This document shows positions 1 to 15,972 of a DNA stretch of 64,000 bases, piece after piece (the first letter of the stretch is position 1; every line of letters begins with the position of its first letter). This stretch comes from Eledone cirrhosa (lineage: Eukaryota), in assembly GCA_964016885.1 (NCBI GenBank), contig OZ024743.1, forward strand, positions 7,874,001-7,938,000. The letters run 5' to 3'. The position numbers were made by a program, and so were the translations under genes. The notes below the pieces were generated by a model. The model saw only the letters and a list, made by a program, of their open reading frames with translations. It did not search any database and was not told where the DNA came from.

Positions 1-163
1 GTATGCATGTATGTAACTACATGCGAATACAGAATAATGTACATATATATATTGTATATAGATATTCATATTTCATATTTATGTATATATATATATATAT
101 ATGTCTAGATATATCTATTTCTTTCTCTCAATGTCGTTATTCACACACATACAGATACACAAG

Positions 164-215
<52 letters not shown>

Positions 216-250
216 CATATATATATACATCCATCCATACACACACAGAG

Positions 251-285
<35 letters not shown>

Positions 286-589
286 ATATATATATACATC
301 CATCCATACATACACACACACACACACATATATATATATATCTGTGTATATATGTATATATATATATATATATATGCATATGTATATAGATATATAAATA
401 TATGCAGACTCTCACACACACAGAGAAAGAAACACATATATATACACCCATGTATGTATTCTGATGATAGAAAATGTATATTTTAATGTACTATGAATTC
501 TATGAATTCTATAACCACCTCATCGTTTGACTTTTTCGACACTTTGCAAGTTTTTTCTAATTTAAGTAAAACAACGCAATGACTAACAT

Positions 590-757
590 AATTGTTTCTA
601 CGTTAGGCACAAGGCCAGCAATTACCCAGTGCATTACTGGTACTTTATTTTATCGACCCCGTAAGGATGAAAGGCAAAGTTAACCTCGGCGGGATTTGAA
701 CTCAAACCGTAAAGGGATGTAACTATGCTGGAAAGCATGGCGTCCGACTCTCTTAAC
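590..757 (-). mobile_element. tRNA-derived SINE with Nin/Deu-type central domain
   Basis: Reverse complement of the recurrent unit gagttcaaatcccgccgaggttaactttgcctttcatccttacggggtcgataaaataaagtacc...ggccttgtgcc; B-box-like GTTCAAATCC; more than 15 copies in the window. Confidence 0.85.
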
Positions 758-986
758 ATAATGATTTCATTTCCATCTTAGAAGCATTTGAATGTTGCGC
801 AGTTGAGAGGTTTAACTTTTGTGATTTACTTTCAAATATTTAGCTTTAAAATATTCTTTGTATTTCTTTCTTAAACAATAACTTACCAATTTGGGGTTGA
901 TAAAGTTGTCTTTTTTTACAGCAGGAATAATTTCGCGGTGCCTTGCTACTCTAATGTACGGATTTTTACTTTATATATATATGTAT

Positions 987-1048
<62 letters not shown>

Positions 1049-1050
<2 letters not shown>

Positions 1051-1144
1051 TTCAATGAGACAACAAACAGAGGTACAAAAAGTCTTAGTTTCAGCCTTTA
1101 TATTGGAAAGAGGAAAGAAAGATCGACGCGTCGAGCTTAAGGCC

Positions 1145-1148
<4 letters not shown>
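1049..1148 (-). mobile_element. (TA)n-embedded insert with 5'-truncated hammerhead ribozyme remnant
   Basis: Minus strand reads (TA)n-ATGA-AGGCCTTA...TAAAGGCT-GAAAC-taagactttt-tGTA-cctc; the CTG of the core is lost into the (TA)n tract. Confidence 0.5.
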
Positions 1149-1211
<63 letters not shown>

Positions 1212-2339
1212 CAAATGATACATAGAGTTCCTGCTAATTTGGGAAGTAAGTGATGAAAAGTTTTCTATTCCAGAAGAAAGATTAAAAATAATATTGATGT
1301 GGTTTATTGAAAACTATTGATATCAATGAAAAGAAACTTTCAGTATTTAACAGAAGAAAGTTTGTAAAACAGATGTTAAACGGTACAATAAATTGAAAAT
1401 AAATATATTTAACATAATGTTTACTGCAGAATATAATTGAAAATTTGAGAGGATGCAATGAATCACAACAAAATGAAACACAAATTTAATCTGCATTTTA
1501 ATACATCATTTGAATATTAGATTATTTTAACAGACTGCAGAAAGCATTTATACTTATTCAACTCTTGTGTTTATTTTTACAAAAGATTTGTATTCATTTC
1601 CATCGGAAGTACCAGAATATGGTTTGTCTATGTTTTGCTTCTTTGCTTCATTCATATAATTTTATTTGTGTGGACTGTCTAGCATAGACAATTTTACATT
1701 TTATATATTTATATCCTATTTATATAACTACATTCAAGAGCGAGATTAATAAAAATGGTTTCTATTCTTTTGTAAACTCATAGCATCATTGTAAGCCAAA
1801 AGCTCATATTATGAAACAGAGGAAATCAATTGATAATATGGGAACGATCTCATATGTAGTTAATATTTATATAAATGTCGATTTGACGAGATAAAAAGGC
1901 ATTATATTTTAAGTGGAAGCCAAATGTTTATCTATTTCTTAATAGTGTATATACATATTGAATAAAATAATTTCAACTGGGTATTACAATCATATCGCAG
2001 TTTTTGGTTTGCTAGAGTTTCGTCTTGCTCTGTTCCGCTCGGTACACTATATGCAAGTTAACCAAATATATATAAATAACTTCATTTTTTTCTGATCTTT
2101 ATGGTTTTATTCTATGTAAAAATATACCATGTAAATTGTCAATAAAATATAAACTCATACGTTTAGATAGCTACAAGCAGCCTATATTCAAATATGCGAA
2201 TATCATAGTAAGACATTTATGTTTAGAAACAACGAGGGAAGCAAAATAGTTATTTTATAGCACGCAAAAAAGATCTTTTGGGCTCTTTAATGTTAGCAGA
2301 AACATATTCTATAAAGGACGTTTTTTGAAATGATAAGAA

Positions 2340-2423
<84 letters not shown>

Positions 2424-2559
2424 TTCTCTCTTTCTCCACGTGTGTGTGTGTGTGTGTGTGTGTCTTTGTGTGCATTGTCTTTAGTATGGAATACGTAATG
2501 TTAAAAATTAGAAGATACAATTCGAACGCTAACATGAAACATTTCACAATTTTCGTCTA

Positions 2560-2860
2560 TTCTTTTACTGGTTCCAGTTATTAGACTACAGCAACACCAT
2601 CATCAATAGATTTAGTCGATATGATCGATACTTGTTATAATTTTATTGATCTCCTTTGTGTCGAAATTCTAAGTTACGGGACATAAAGTTTAAGTAGACG
2701 TCAACACACACATACACATATATAAACATGAATACATATGAATACATTTTCCATCACAAGCTATTGGTTAAAGCTATAGTACAAGACACATGCCCAAGGG
2801 GCTTCACTATGAGACTGAACCCAAATTCATGTAGTGGCGTAGCGAATTCTATAACGACAT
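2560..2860 (-). mobile_element. Degenerate second tRNA-derived SINE family
   Basis: Shares segments (ttttat.g.t..cctttgtgtcgaa..ctaa.tta.ggga) with 60770-60945; tRNA-like head remnant near 2785-2860. Confidence 0.5.
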
Positions 2861-2975
2861 AGCTATAATAATGACTTTTTTTAGAGGTGCGTTAACTCTT
2901 TTACCTCCTTTTCGTGAGTTTAAAACTTGGAAGATTTACTTGTTGCTTCATACTACTACTACTACTACTACTACA

Positions 2976-3029
<54 letters not shown>

Positions 3030-3411
3030 GTTGCTGCTGCTCTTGATGTTGCTAACATCATATACAAAGTGTACTACTGTTGTTGATAGTGTCGTTCAGT
3101 TCATTTTTGCTTTGTTTTGACCGACTTTATTATAATTACAGGTATGAATATGATGATCAGCATCCCCACCCTCCTACTCATCTCCCTCCTTCTCTCCCTC
3201 CACCACCTCCTCCTCCACCTTCTCACTCTTCTTCCTGTCCAGAATTGGTATTTAGTTAAATATATTCAGAATCCCTACCATGATCAATTTTACCTTCTTA
3301 GTGAATAAAATAAAGAACAAGTGAAGTACTGGAATGATTTAATCGACTAACCACTTTCCCCAAACTACTTGTCTTCTATCTATTTTAGAAACAATTATTA
3401 TGGCTTTAAGT

Positions 3412-4330
3412 AGGGCGGCGGATTAGCAAAATGATTGGGACGTCGGACAAATAATTTACGATATTTGTTCTAGTTCTTCACATTCTAAGTTCGAATCCCG
3501 TCTAGTGCTCCTCAACCTTCAGGGGTCGATAAAATAAAGTACCAATGATGCACTGGATTTAGTTAATCGAGTTTGCCCTCTCACCAAACATTACTGGTCC
3601 TCTGCCTAAATTAAAAACCATAATTATTTAAATAAGTTACTGAATTTGTATGACTGCAGGACAATATACCTTGCGGTATTTGTGTTCTGAGTTCAGATCT
3701 CTACCGTGTCATATTTTCCTTTCATCCTTTTCATCCAAGATGGAAACTCTAAATACGAGTAATAACATGATATTTCTTACATAGGCACACGGCCATATAT
3801 TTGGATTGGTGAGAGTCCTTGACTGCTACTTTATTTTATCAACCCCAGAAGGATGAATGTCAACGATGACAATAATAAGTGTTTCCAACATAAGCTCAAG
3901 GCCAGAACTTCTGTAGGATTGGGTTAGTCGATTCAATAGAACCCGGTGCTTGACCAGAGGAATGATCTCGTCAGGATTTAAAATCAGATATCAGAATCGA
4001 TAGATGTATTTAGTTACATCACTATGTGGTCTGAGTTCAAATCCCGTTCAGTTCAACATCGCATTTATCTTTTCGTAGTCGATAAAATACTGTACCAGTC
4101 ATGTTCTGGTGCAGTCGACCTAACCGGCTACGCTCTACCACAAAGCATATTACTTTCTGCTTATCTTGGTGTCAGAATCCTTACAACTTCGGACAAAATG
4201 CCTTGCGATATGTGTTCCGGCATTTTATGATCTGGTTTCAAATCTCACCATGGTTAACTTTGCCCTGTATAATTCTGTGGTCGATAAAATAAAGTACCAA
4301 GCAAGTAGTGATATCGATATAATCAAGTCC
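3412..4330 (+). mobile_element. Cluster of degenerate Nin-domain SINE copies, mixed orientation
   Basis: Repeated gtcgataaaata(aa)gtacc and gttcaaatc motifs near 3490-3545, 4035-4100 and 4235-4300. Confidence 0.7.
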
Positions 4331-5045
4331 CACCCACCCACCACCACCAATCGTTATTGTTATTATTTGTGTTATTATTAATATTATTACTTCTTATTCC
4401 TCGCCATCATGCACGTTTCTATTACGATATGGATTCAGATAGAGACACATGATGAACAAATATAGATTGACTGTCATAAGAAAATCGTCTTGAAAGTTTC
4501 CAAAGGTCCCCAAATCTGTGTCACGTGCTTACATTCGAGTGTCGTCTGTGTATATGCTTGTGCCACAGACTGCCAATGTATAAATATATACGAATGTTAT
4601 AAGGGTGGATGTATTTGTGCGATTATGTGTATGTTTATGCGAGTACGCGTGTGTCAATGTGTGTGAATGGAAGGGTGTCTTTATTTGGGAGTGTGTGTTG
4701 TAAAAGAACGATGCCTCAATCTCCACATCCACGTGTTAGTCGTTGGTATATTTAACTGTCACAACATCAATAATGTTAACGGTTAGTACTACTAGTACGA
4801 CAAGTGAACTTTTGGTTGAGAAAGAAGGTCCTTAGATGGGGAAATAAGCGAACATTTCATGTATATTAAAAAACCACATTACTACTTTCTGTGTGTTTCT
4901 CTCTCTATATAATATAATAATATAATATAATATAAATAATATAATATAATATAAATAATATAATATAATATAAATAATATAATATAATATAAATAATATA
5001 ATCTAATCTAATCATAATAATATATATATATATATATATATAAAA

Positions 5046-5181
5046 CAAAGGAATTGTGGAAAGGAACCAGATGGACCATAACGCACAAGAGTACTCAACA
5101 CTTAGGGTAGTAGAGTGGGAAATAGGAAAACGTATGACCCCGACGGCAGAGCTCAAGCCGTTTCGACGGCTATTTCTGGAC
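5046..5181 (-). mobile_element. F1 family short element (hammerhead 3' half plus bulged hairpin)
   Basis: Homologous to 6665-6716, 14474-14668, 15556-15754 and 18721-18900; flanked by (TA)n. Confidence 0.8.
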
Positions 5182-5391
5182 TATAAATATATATATATAT
5201 AAAGAGATATTTATTGAATAATGTCTCATATAAAATAATACAACCAGCTATCCACGAAATACTGATTAGTTAGCACCCCAAACACTAAATTGGGAAAATA
5301 CTTAGGTATATCCTAATGTTTGTTGAGTGAGATGGAGTTGGTCGGAGTATCGCTTAAGGCTTTCTCCGTTAATGTATTGTATATATATATG

Positions 5392-5481
<90 letters not shown>

Positions 5482-5652
5482 CACATATGTAAATACATAT
5501 ATATGTATCTCTATATTAGCACACACACTCAGAATGTGTATAAACACATATGTATGTATATATAAATGTGCGTATATGTGTGTGTATATATGGATTATAT
5601 AATTCATAAAACACATATCCGTCTGCCGGTCTCCCTGTCTCTCTGTCTATGA

Positions 5653-5760
<108 letters not shown>

Positions 5761-5859
5761 GTTCATATATATATATATATACACATACATGCACACACAT
5801 ATACACAGACACAGTCACACATACGCACACACACACACACACACACATATATATAGAGA

Positions 5860-5912
5860 GAGATTCCTGGTGATTTCTAAAGAATGAAACAGTTCTAGTC
5901 CTGTAGAATCTC
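5860..5912 (+). ncRNA. Type I hammerhead ribozyme copy with A6G core variant
   Basis: GAGATTC-CTGGTGA-TTTCTAAAGAAT-GAAACAG-ttctagtc-CTGTA-GAATCTC; same family as 11862-11910. Confidence 0.75.
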
Positions 5913-5913
5913 A

Positions 5914-5993
<80 letters not shown>

Positions 5994-6339
5994 CGTATGT
6001 GTGACTGCGTATGTGTGACTGCGTATGTGTATATGTGTGTGCATGTATGTGTATATATATATATGCAAATATATATGAATGAATCTATGTATGTATGTAT
6101 GTATCCAAGTATGCATGTATGTATGCATGAATGTATGTATATATGTATGTATATGTATGTCTGTATGTCTGCATGAATGTATATACGTATGTATGTATGT
6201 ATGTATGAATGTATGTATGTGTGTATGAATGTATGTATGTATGTGTGTGTATTTGAAAGTCTGAATGAATGCTTGATAAATCTACTTGTATAGGTATGTA
6301 CACGTATTTAATAGTTGTACAAAAGGGTATGTAATCTGC

Positions 6340-6370
<31 letters not shown>

Positions 6371-6371
6371 G

Positions 6372-6404
<33 letters not shown>

Positions 6405-6440
6405 ATGGATGCGTTAATGTACGCATGTATATATTTAATG

Positions 6441-6491
<51 letters not shown>

Positions 6492-6548
6492 CAGGCATAC
6501 ATACACAAACACACACACATACTCACACACACATGTATATATATATAA

Positions 6549-6652
<104 letters not shown>

Positions 6653-6664
6653 ATATATATAGAC

Positions 6665-6820
<156 letters not shown>

Positions 6821-6823
6821 GTA

Positions 6824-6886
<63 letters not shown>

Positions 6887-6972
6887 GTTTTGTAGACATA
6901 TATAGCACTATAATGTTTCGCAGCAAGTATATGATTACATTATTATTTTTTTAATTATGGATATATAAATGA

Positions 6973-7014
<42 letters not shown>

Positions 7015-7194
7015 ATATATATATACATACATGTATATATATATACATGTGTGTGTGTATTCATCTACATATACAGGGACAGATCAATCAATGAATAATT
7101 GAATTATTGGATATGCATATTTAGCGCACGCATCACCACACCGACTCTTATATATTCTTCAATATATATATATTTCCTTGTATGCTTGTATCTC

Positions 7195-7242
<48 letters not shown>

Positions 7243-7243
7243 C

Positions 7244-7394
<151 letters not shown>

Positions 7395-7646
7395 GTGTGT
7401 GTAAGAAAGAATGAGAGAGAGAGAAAGAAAGAAGCAGAGAGAGATAAATGAAGATTAGTAGATATGCGCGTATAAATATCTATGCATATATATTGATAAA
7501 ACATAAATATACACTTTTTCTCTAGAAATATGTGTATGAATGTGTGTGATTTGTTGTGTGCGAGTTTGTCCGCGCGTATGTATGTGTTTAGTGTGTATGT
7601 GTGTGTGTGTCTGGAGGGTATCTTCTCTCTGTGTGGGAGTTTGTGC

Positions 7647-7702
<56 letters not shown>

Positions 7703-8446
7703 AGTGGAGAAATAATTTGCTGAAATAAAGTTATGTGTGGCAGAAATGTCTATGAAAAAGTTAACGGATGAGATGATAATATTTGGTATTGAAAAGTGTA
7801 CTTACCACCACATTCCATTTGTGGCTGATGGCTCTATCATACTGTATATACAAAAACAAGCGAAAATAATGGAGACCGGCGAAAAAGCTGATCTGCCATT
7901 CCACACAACAGAACTTTGGGCCATTTCTCCGACGATCTTAAGAAATCCTGGTTTTGTATAGTTGGTGCTTGGTTTTATATCTGCTTTCTCTATAATGTTT
8001 GTTTAGCAGTTGTGTTTAGTAAGTTTTATTTCAAATTTACTATTATATAATATTTAACTTATTTAATCCTTTTCATCCATCACACATTCATAAATCCATA
8101 AATATATATTTACATAAGTATAAATAGAAGTACATATATAAAAATATATACATGTATGTGCGCGTCTGCACTCGCGCAATCATGTATGTGTGTTTGTGTG
8201 TGTATATGAGAAGAGAAGAGAGAAAAAATGAGTATGATAAGGGATGAGAGGGAAAGATAGACGTTTGTCTCTTTACAGATATGTATTGTGCACTTATAAA
8301 TAAATAGATTGATGTATTGACAAACGTGGAGATTGATGTTTTGACAAACCGATAGATAAATGGATAGATAGATAAATAGATAGATAGATATATATATATC
8401 TATATCTTTACCTAGCTATATACATATATCTATATCTATATATATG

Positions 8447-8617
<171 letters not shown>

Positions 8618-9918
8618 GTGGGGAGAAAGTAAGATAGGTGGATAGAGAGATAGCTGTACACTGTATTCAACACAGCGTATTTGTTGCTAATGCTCTCTTG
8701 AATTTAATGATGATAAAAGTACAAGTAGGATTAATTTATAAGTAAGAAGAACTTAACTATGAAGTATATCTCCCAGCACACGCAAATACGAGAATAATGT
8801 TTTAAGTTATTCTTAAGAAGCTTGCATAAGTGTTTTTAATGGAATTTTGCACCAGTGGTTAAATGCACCAGAGAAATTGTCCTTTGAAGATGTAATTATT
8901 TCAAATCTATATAGGTAAATGTACACACACACACATATACATATGTATGTCTATTTATTCATATGCTTATATACAATATATACAAACATGTGTTTATATT
9001 TAATTTGAATATTTCTTTTTGTATTAATTGATGTATGATCACAAACAAACAGATATATTTTTCTGTGAATAGATGTATTCCTTTTACATTTATATATATA
9101 TTGTATTTTTCTCTACATTTAGAATATTTCCACTCCTAAAACAACTTTTTGCTGCCAATACATTTTCTCCCTTCGTCTTTTACTTTGATCTCTCACTCTC
9201 TCTTTCTTTCTCTCATACACACACATAAGCAGAGACACTCTCTCACACACACATACACACTTTTCTTTTCTCTTTTCCTCTCTCTTTCACTTTCTTCCTT
9301 TTTTATGTTGTTTGTTTTGTTTGTTTTTTTTTTTGTTTTTTTTTTCTTATGCTACTTTTCGTTAGCTTCGTATCTCAGAGCGTTGATTTAAAATTGATCT
9401 TCCTTTGGTGTAACAATCCTTTAACACTGCAAACACTTCCTTGCTTGCATCCGTATCTGTCCGGTCACGCTGTGCAGTAACTTGCTTCAATGAACTTTTC
9501 TGAGTTAATTAGTTATTCCTTTATTCTGATTAGTCATTATTATCGTAATCATACTTCTTATTTTGACAACAACAGAAACAACAAGAACAAGAACAACAAC
9601 AACAACACCAACAACAATCTCTCATGTTATTGTTACATGCTTAGTATCAAAGGATGTTTTGTTGTCTTTAACTTATCGTTGTCACACTATTGCCATCGTC
9701 GCTCTGTTTGTCCCGTCTTTCTTTGATAATTTATAATTTATTCTGTTAAATATTCATAATTATTCTTGATAATTATTCTTGTTCTTTAAGAGGAGTGTCT
9801 TTAAAACTAAATAGGCGGTTTTTGTTTGCTTTTGTTGTTGTTTCCTTTTTGTTTTGTTGTTGTTTTTCCTATATAGTTTTCTAATTGGTTTGTCGATATT
9901 CTAAAACTTTCTCCTACA

Positions 9919-10060
9919 GTAGCTGTTTTTCTGTCAGTTTTGAAGAACCAGCTGGGCAGTTGTTGGGGCTGAGTTTGGTTGCCGAGTGGAGTGCCGAGGT
10001 ATGACGCTCGGAACTGTGAGAATGGAACATCATAGCCTTAGAGAAATTAGAAACGAGGAA
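9919..10060 (+). other. Candidate exon, possibly 5'UTR plus start (MTLGTVRMEHHSLREIRNEE)
   Basis: Non-repetitive GC-richer block between ctttctcctacag| and |gtaagg; no homology recognised. Confidence 0.25.
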
Positions 10061-10291
10061 GTAAGGGAGGGAAAGAAAGAGGTTAGGCCCAGACGACAAT
10101 ATAGTTGCTGCTGCTGTTGCTGGTGGCGGTAATGGTGGTGGTGGTGGTGGTGGTGGTGGTAGTAGTGGTGCTGCTGCTGCTGCTGACACTGGTGTTTTCC
10201 TTTGGGTTGTTTTCGTTGCTGCTACTACTACTCTTGTCGCTATTGCTAGTGACGGCAGTAACAAACGAGTAAGAACGGCATATCAACCAAA

Positions 10292-10364
<73 letters not shown>

Positions 10365-10877
10365 GCCTAAACAACAACAATAGCTATTGCAAGTGCACGA
10401 CCAGAAAAGATCGAGTAAAACAAATGAGACATAACGAAAGCTTGCTGCTGTTGCTGTTGTTGCTGTTGTTGTTGTTGTTGTTGTTGCTGCTGCTGCTGCT
10501 GCTGTTATGTGAGTGTAGGAGGCGGCGACAGTTTGTCGGCCTAAGGTTGTGTTTCCCCGCCTTTTTCCATTCTGAAACAGAAACTTTGAAAAAAGCCTAT
10601 ACTACGCACACGGTCAATTACATTGTCGGTCGAATCTCTGCTGCACACTGACACAAACATATTATAGAGAAAGACACACAGACACAAACATATTATAGAG
10701 AAACACACACAGACACAGGGATAAAGTCACATTGTCTGAAAGCTGGGGTAGGGTGGAAACATCAGGCTTGGAAGACAATCTGGAAGAGACGGGCCCAAGT
10801 GCAAAGCTGCAAGAAGTCTTCGAGAAGGAATGATTTTAAGTTATAAAAACCTGCATTTGTTGGGAACTACCTTCAAT

Positions 10878-10988
10878 AATTGTTTCTACTTTAGGCACAA
10901 GACCAGCAAATACGCAGTACATTACTGGTACTTTATTTTATCGACCTCGTAAGGATGAAAGGCAAAGTCAACCTCGGCGGGATTTGAA
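10878..10988 (-). mobile_element. Nin-domain SINE, 5'-truncated
   Basis: Matches the 3' part of the SINE consensus. Confidence 0.8.
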
Positions 10989-11023
10989 TAATCAAGTAAA
11001 AACAGCAATCTGTGGTGGTCTCC

Positions 11024-11086
<63 letters not shown>

Positions 11087-11513
11087 CTGTCACCCTGTCT
11101 CTCTCGCTCTTCCTCTCTCTCCCTGTTTCTCTTTCTGCCCCAGTATGACCTCAGTCTAATGACTGAAAGCAGTAAAAGAATATATAAGTATATATATATA
11201 AGGTGAGTATAGGGGTTCAAACATAATCCGTTTCTTTTTTTTTCTACTTTTGTTATTTAATAGTCATCATCATCATCATCATCATCATTATCATTATCAT
11301 TATCATCACCACCAACACCACTACTAACACCACACTCACCATCATCACCACCACCACTATCACCACTTCCACCACTATCACCACCACCACCACTATCACC
11401 ACCACCACCATCACATTGTCCATCTATTTTCTTCATCATCTTCAACGTAACTACACTAATACATCCATTAACATCATCATCATAATCGTCCACAATATCG
11501 TCATTTATAACAT

Positions 11514-11561
<48 letters not shown>

Positions 11562-11715
11562 GAGCAGCAGCAGTAGCAGTAGTAGTAGCAGTAGTTGTTA
11601 TTGTTGTAGTAGTAACATTTCTATGTTCACAAATCCAGGCATGTTTAGATCCCTGTGATTGTGTGTGTACGTGTATGTTTGTGTGTGTACGTGTTTGTGT
11701 ATGCGTGTGCTTGTA

Positions 11716-11792
<77 letters not shown>

Positions 11793-11793
<1 letters not shown>

Positions 11794-11998
11794 TTTTAAT
11801 ATAGATGAGATTCTACAGGACTAGAACTGTTTCATTCTTTAGAAATCATCAGGAATCATGCGATTCCTGATGATTTCTAAAGAATGAAACAGTTCTAGTC
11901 CTGTAGAATCTCATCTATATTAAAACTTTTATACTCTGCAATGTATTGAGTACCTTACTTACTGTGGTTACCTCCGATTCAACCCGGAATAACGTACT
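11793..11998 (+). mobile_element. Fold-back element with back-to-back hammerheads (minus 11809-11857, plus 11862-11910) and 3' bulged hairpin
   Basis: Palindrome 11793-11926 with 4-nt loop atgc; GATTC-CTGATGA-TTTCTAAAGAAT-GAAACAG..CTGTA-GAATC; then ACTC-TGCA-A-TGTA-TT-GAGTAC at 11933-11953. Confidence 0.9.
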
Positions 11999-12917
11999 AT
12001 ATATATATATAAGGACGGAGTGCTCTACTTACTACAGATATAACCTCCCGTTTTTGTACTACTATATATATACTTATAAATATGTATATATATATATGCG
12101 TGCATACATATATCTATATATACATATATGCACATACATAATATATATATGTACATTTTATATACACACACACACGCCCGCGCGCGCACACACACATATA
12201 TTGGGTTAATGTACATCCATTGTACATGTGTATATCGTAGGTTTTATCAATAATCACTTTTTGATGTGGCTTTATTTATTTATCTGGAAAGATGTCTGAG
12301 TTAAATCTAACATTTTAGAAGTTGTATCGTTGCTGGTAGAACGACTAAAGCCTTTCCCACATCCCTTGCATGGCTACATAACAGCACCCTTCTTGTGCGT
12401 GATCGCCTGCTTTTAATGTGAATGTATAAGAGAAAGTGAGGGAGTGTGCATTGATGGTAAACCAAAAAAGTAAATAAAACATTTATAGACTCTGAGTCTT
12501 AAATATTTAAAGTCAGTCTTATATTGAAACCTCTGTTTCTCACATATCCCTGTTGGATAGATGTTAGAAATCGGCATAAAGTTGGGCTTCCTACATTATT
12601 ACTATATCTTGTTCGAAGGCTCATTTTTATCAACAACAACCTCATCCATGTAGACACTGGCTTCTAAATAAGTGACAGTAAAATATACATAGTTGCGATT
12701 TAATCTATTATACAGTCTATTCTAGTAAATTCAGCCTTGTAGCTTGACAAAATAAATCAATTATTTGAGGATGAATAAAATAATTCTTGGGATATATTGT
12801 GGAATTATGCGGCTGGTGGGTTTCTGTGAGGAAGCTAAACAATATCATTAACATCTAAACGCACACACACATGTCCCATATAAGTAAGATATCTACAGAA
12901 ACATATATAAGCGCGCT

Positions 12918-12985
<68 letters not shown>

Positions 12986-13709
12986 TATACATATATATAT
13001 TATTTTACTTAAATAAATGAAGCCAAATATGTTCATGCTTGGCTGCATGTTTGTGTGTGGTGTGCGTGTGTATTGGTGAGTGTGCGTGCATGCATGAATG
13101 TGTGTGCGTGCATGCATGAATGTGTGTGTGTGTAAATATGTCTGTAAAATAGATCCAATAAGTTTTTAAAAAGTGAACCTTACAACAAGTATGCAAAATA
13201 TGCTTACACACACACACACAAACGCACACGCACACACACACACAGACGCGCGCACACACATAGATACACAAACACACACAAACACGCGCACACACACACA
13301 CATATATATTTATATATATATGTATTCTTGTATATATGTATATGTATATATTTGTATATTTATATATTTATATATATATGCATATGTGTGTATATATATG
13401 TATATATATGTGTGTATGTGTGTGAGTGTGTGTGTGTGTGCTCAAATGTGTTTCACGTGTGTTTCTCAAATATACAACTTTCCCGCATCCACTCACGGTT
13501 GTCACAATTATACAAGAATATACATACATGCATACATACACATACATACATGCATACATACACACATACATTCATACATACATACATACATACACACATA
13601 CATGCATACATACTTACATACATACATACACGCATGTCGATGTATGTATGTCTGTATATATGTATGTATGTATGTGTGTGTGTATATGTAGGTATGTATA
13701 TATCAATCA

Positions 13710-13791
<82 letters not shown>

Positions 13792-13796
13792 TCGTA

Positions 13797-13966
13797 CTCC
13801 TGGAGATGAGGGTTGCACATTTTTTCGGGGGGTATGAAATGTCTCCCCCTATTGGGGAAAATCGATTAAGTTTTAAATTGCATTTGTGATAATATTTTAT
13901 TGTATGTAAACTTCGCCCTTTGTATTTGTCCCCTTCTTTTGTGCCCCTGTGGCTAATAAAGAAACA
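13797..13966 (+). mobile_element. Tx1/L1-like LINE 3'UTR fragment in a (TATC)n tract
   Basis: Similar to 16735-16956, ends aataaagaaac; tatctatctatctattcgta is present on both flanks (TSD-like). Confidence 0.7.
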
Positions 13967-14246
13967 TATCTATCTATCTATTCGTATGAGTGTGTGCTGA
14001 CGTATTGTTGTTTAGCCCTAGGTCAGCTCTGATCAAATAAGCTGGCGTTTCACTTATGATCATCCAAACTTATCGGGAACTATTTTGTCCGACCTACTCT
14101 TCATTACTCAGGACGGTTGTATGTAGGTTTAGGGAAATTTCGCTGCTATTTCTTGCAGGTCATGCCATCTCGTAGAAGCTCCTATGTTAGCTAAATGCGT
14201 GAAAGCTCACACACATGACCAAACAGACACAAGACACGCATACACA

Positions 14247-14332
<86 letters not shown>

Positions 14333-14390
14333 AAAAATAGTCCTTCGTCAGTGATTTTCCAACCATCATTGGTATTTCATAGCATTTATC

Positions 14391-14782
<392 letters not shown>

Positions 14783-14945
14783 GAGAGAGAGAGAAAGAGA
14801 GTTAGTTCCACAACAAATTAGCAAGCCATACTCGAAGACGCGCGTTTTACCGAACGGATTTTCGCGACCCGTGTATAGCTGCGGCCCTCTGGACTGAGTG
14901 CTTTACTTACTCACGGATTTTCACTACACACACACATATATATAT

Positions 14946-14980
<35 letters not shown>

Positions 14981-15025
14981 GTGACGAAACATAAGTCAAT
15001 TGCATGAACTCATAATCCTTTATTT

Positions 15026-15081
15026 ACTGCTATATATATTTCGATGATAGCCATTGAATGGCTATGACCTCATCAGGCAGT
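15026..15081 (-). ncRNA. Minimal type I hammerhead ribozyme
   Basis: ACTGC-CTGATGA-GGTCATAGCCATTCAATGGCTATCATC-GAAA-TATATA-TA-GCAGT; palindromic stem III. Confidence 0.9.
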
Positions 15082-15348
15082 TAGTCAGTTCTTAGATATG
15101 CCAGCTCTGTGTCTATAGTGTTGATGGTATCAGAGCCTTGGGACATATATATATATATATATTTATTTCTGAAGACAGCATATATGTGTGTAGGTATGTA
15201 TATTCCCTCTGATAGTTTGTAAAAATTTTACATAGATCTATATGATATACATACCAACACACACATATAGATCCTAGAAACGATCGTAAAATGATGAATT
15301 TTTTAATATAAGGAACTGTTTCTTTGTTTTTATTCATTATTTTTATTA

Positions 15349-15382
<34 letters not shown>

Positions 15383-15524
15383 GTGTGGTTGTGTACAAAG
15401 TCAGCAGACGCACCTTTTATTGACCCATACATTATATCGGTATAAACTTTATAAGTGACATCTATCATGTTTCACACATCAGCGATGGAAAGTAATCATT
15501 AACAATGTTCCGAAAGAAAAGATA

Positions 15525-15555
<31 letters not shown>

Positions 15556-15558
<3 letters not shown>

Positions 15559-15754
15559 GGAACGAGTAGGACCCCGACGGCAGAGCTCAAGCCGTTTCGA
15601 CGGCTAATTCTGGACTGTCCAGAATTAGCCGTCGAAACGGCTTGAGCTCTGCCGTCGGGGTCATACTTGTTCCTATTACCCACTCTACTACCCTAAGTAT
15701 TGAGTACACTGGTGGGTTATGGTCCACCTGGTTCCTTACCACATTTCCTTCGTT
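15556..15754 (+). mobile_element. F1 fold-back element
   Basis: Inverted repeat centred at 15616 (ggac-t-gtcc); ACTC-TAC-taccctaa-GTA-TT-GAGTAC at 15682-15707; (TA)n on both sides. Confidence 0.85.
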
Positions 15755-15972
15755 ATATATATATATATATATGTCTGTCTCTCTGCCTGTATATCTATCT
15801 GCCTGTCATTCAACATATCTACCCATCTATCTATCTATCTACCTACCTATATCTCTCTCTCTATCTACCCCTCTCTCTTTCTAATTATCTATCTACCTAT
15901 CTACCTATCTCTCTCTATCTACCCCTCTCTCTTTCTAATTATCTATCTACCTATCTATCTATCTACCTATCT

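Noticed and set aside
11933-11953. Bulged hairpin motif as a SECIS or iron-responsive element
   Set aside because: Lacks the AUGA/GA quartet with apical AA, and lacks the CAGUG loop with C bulge.
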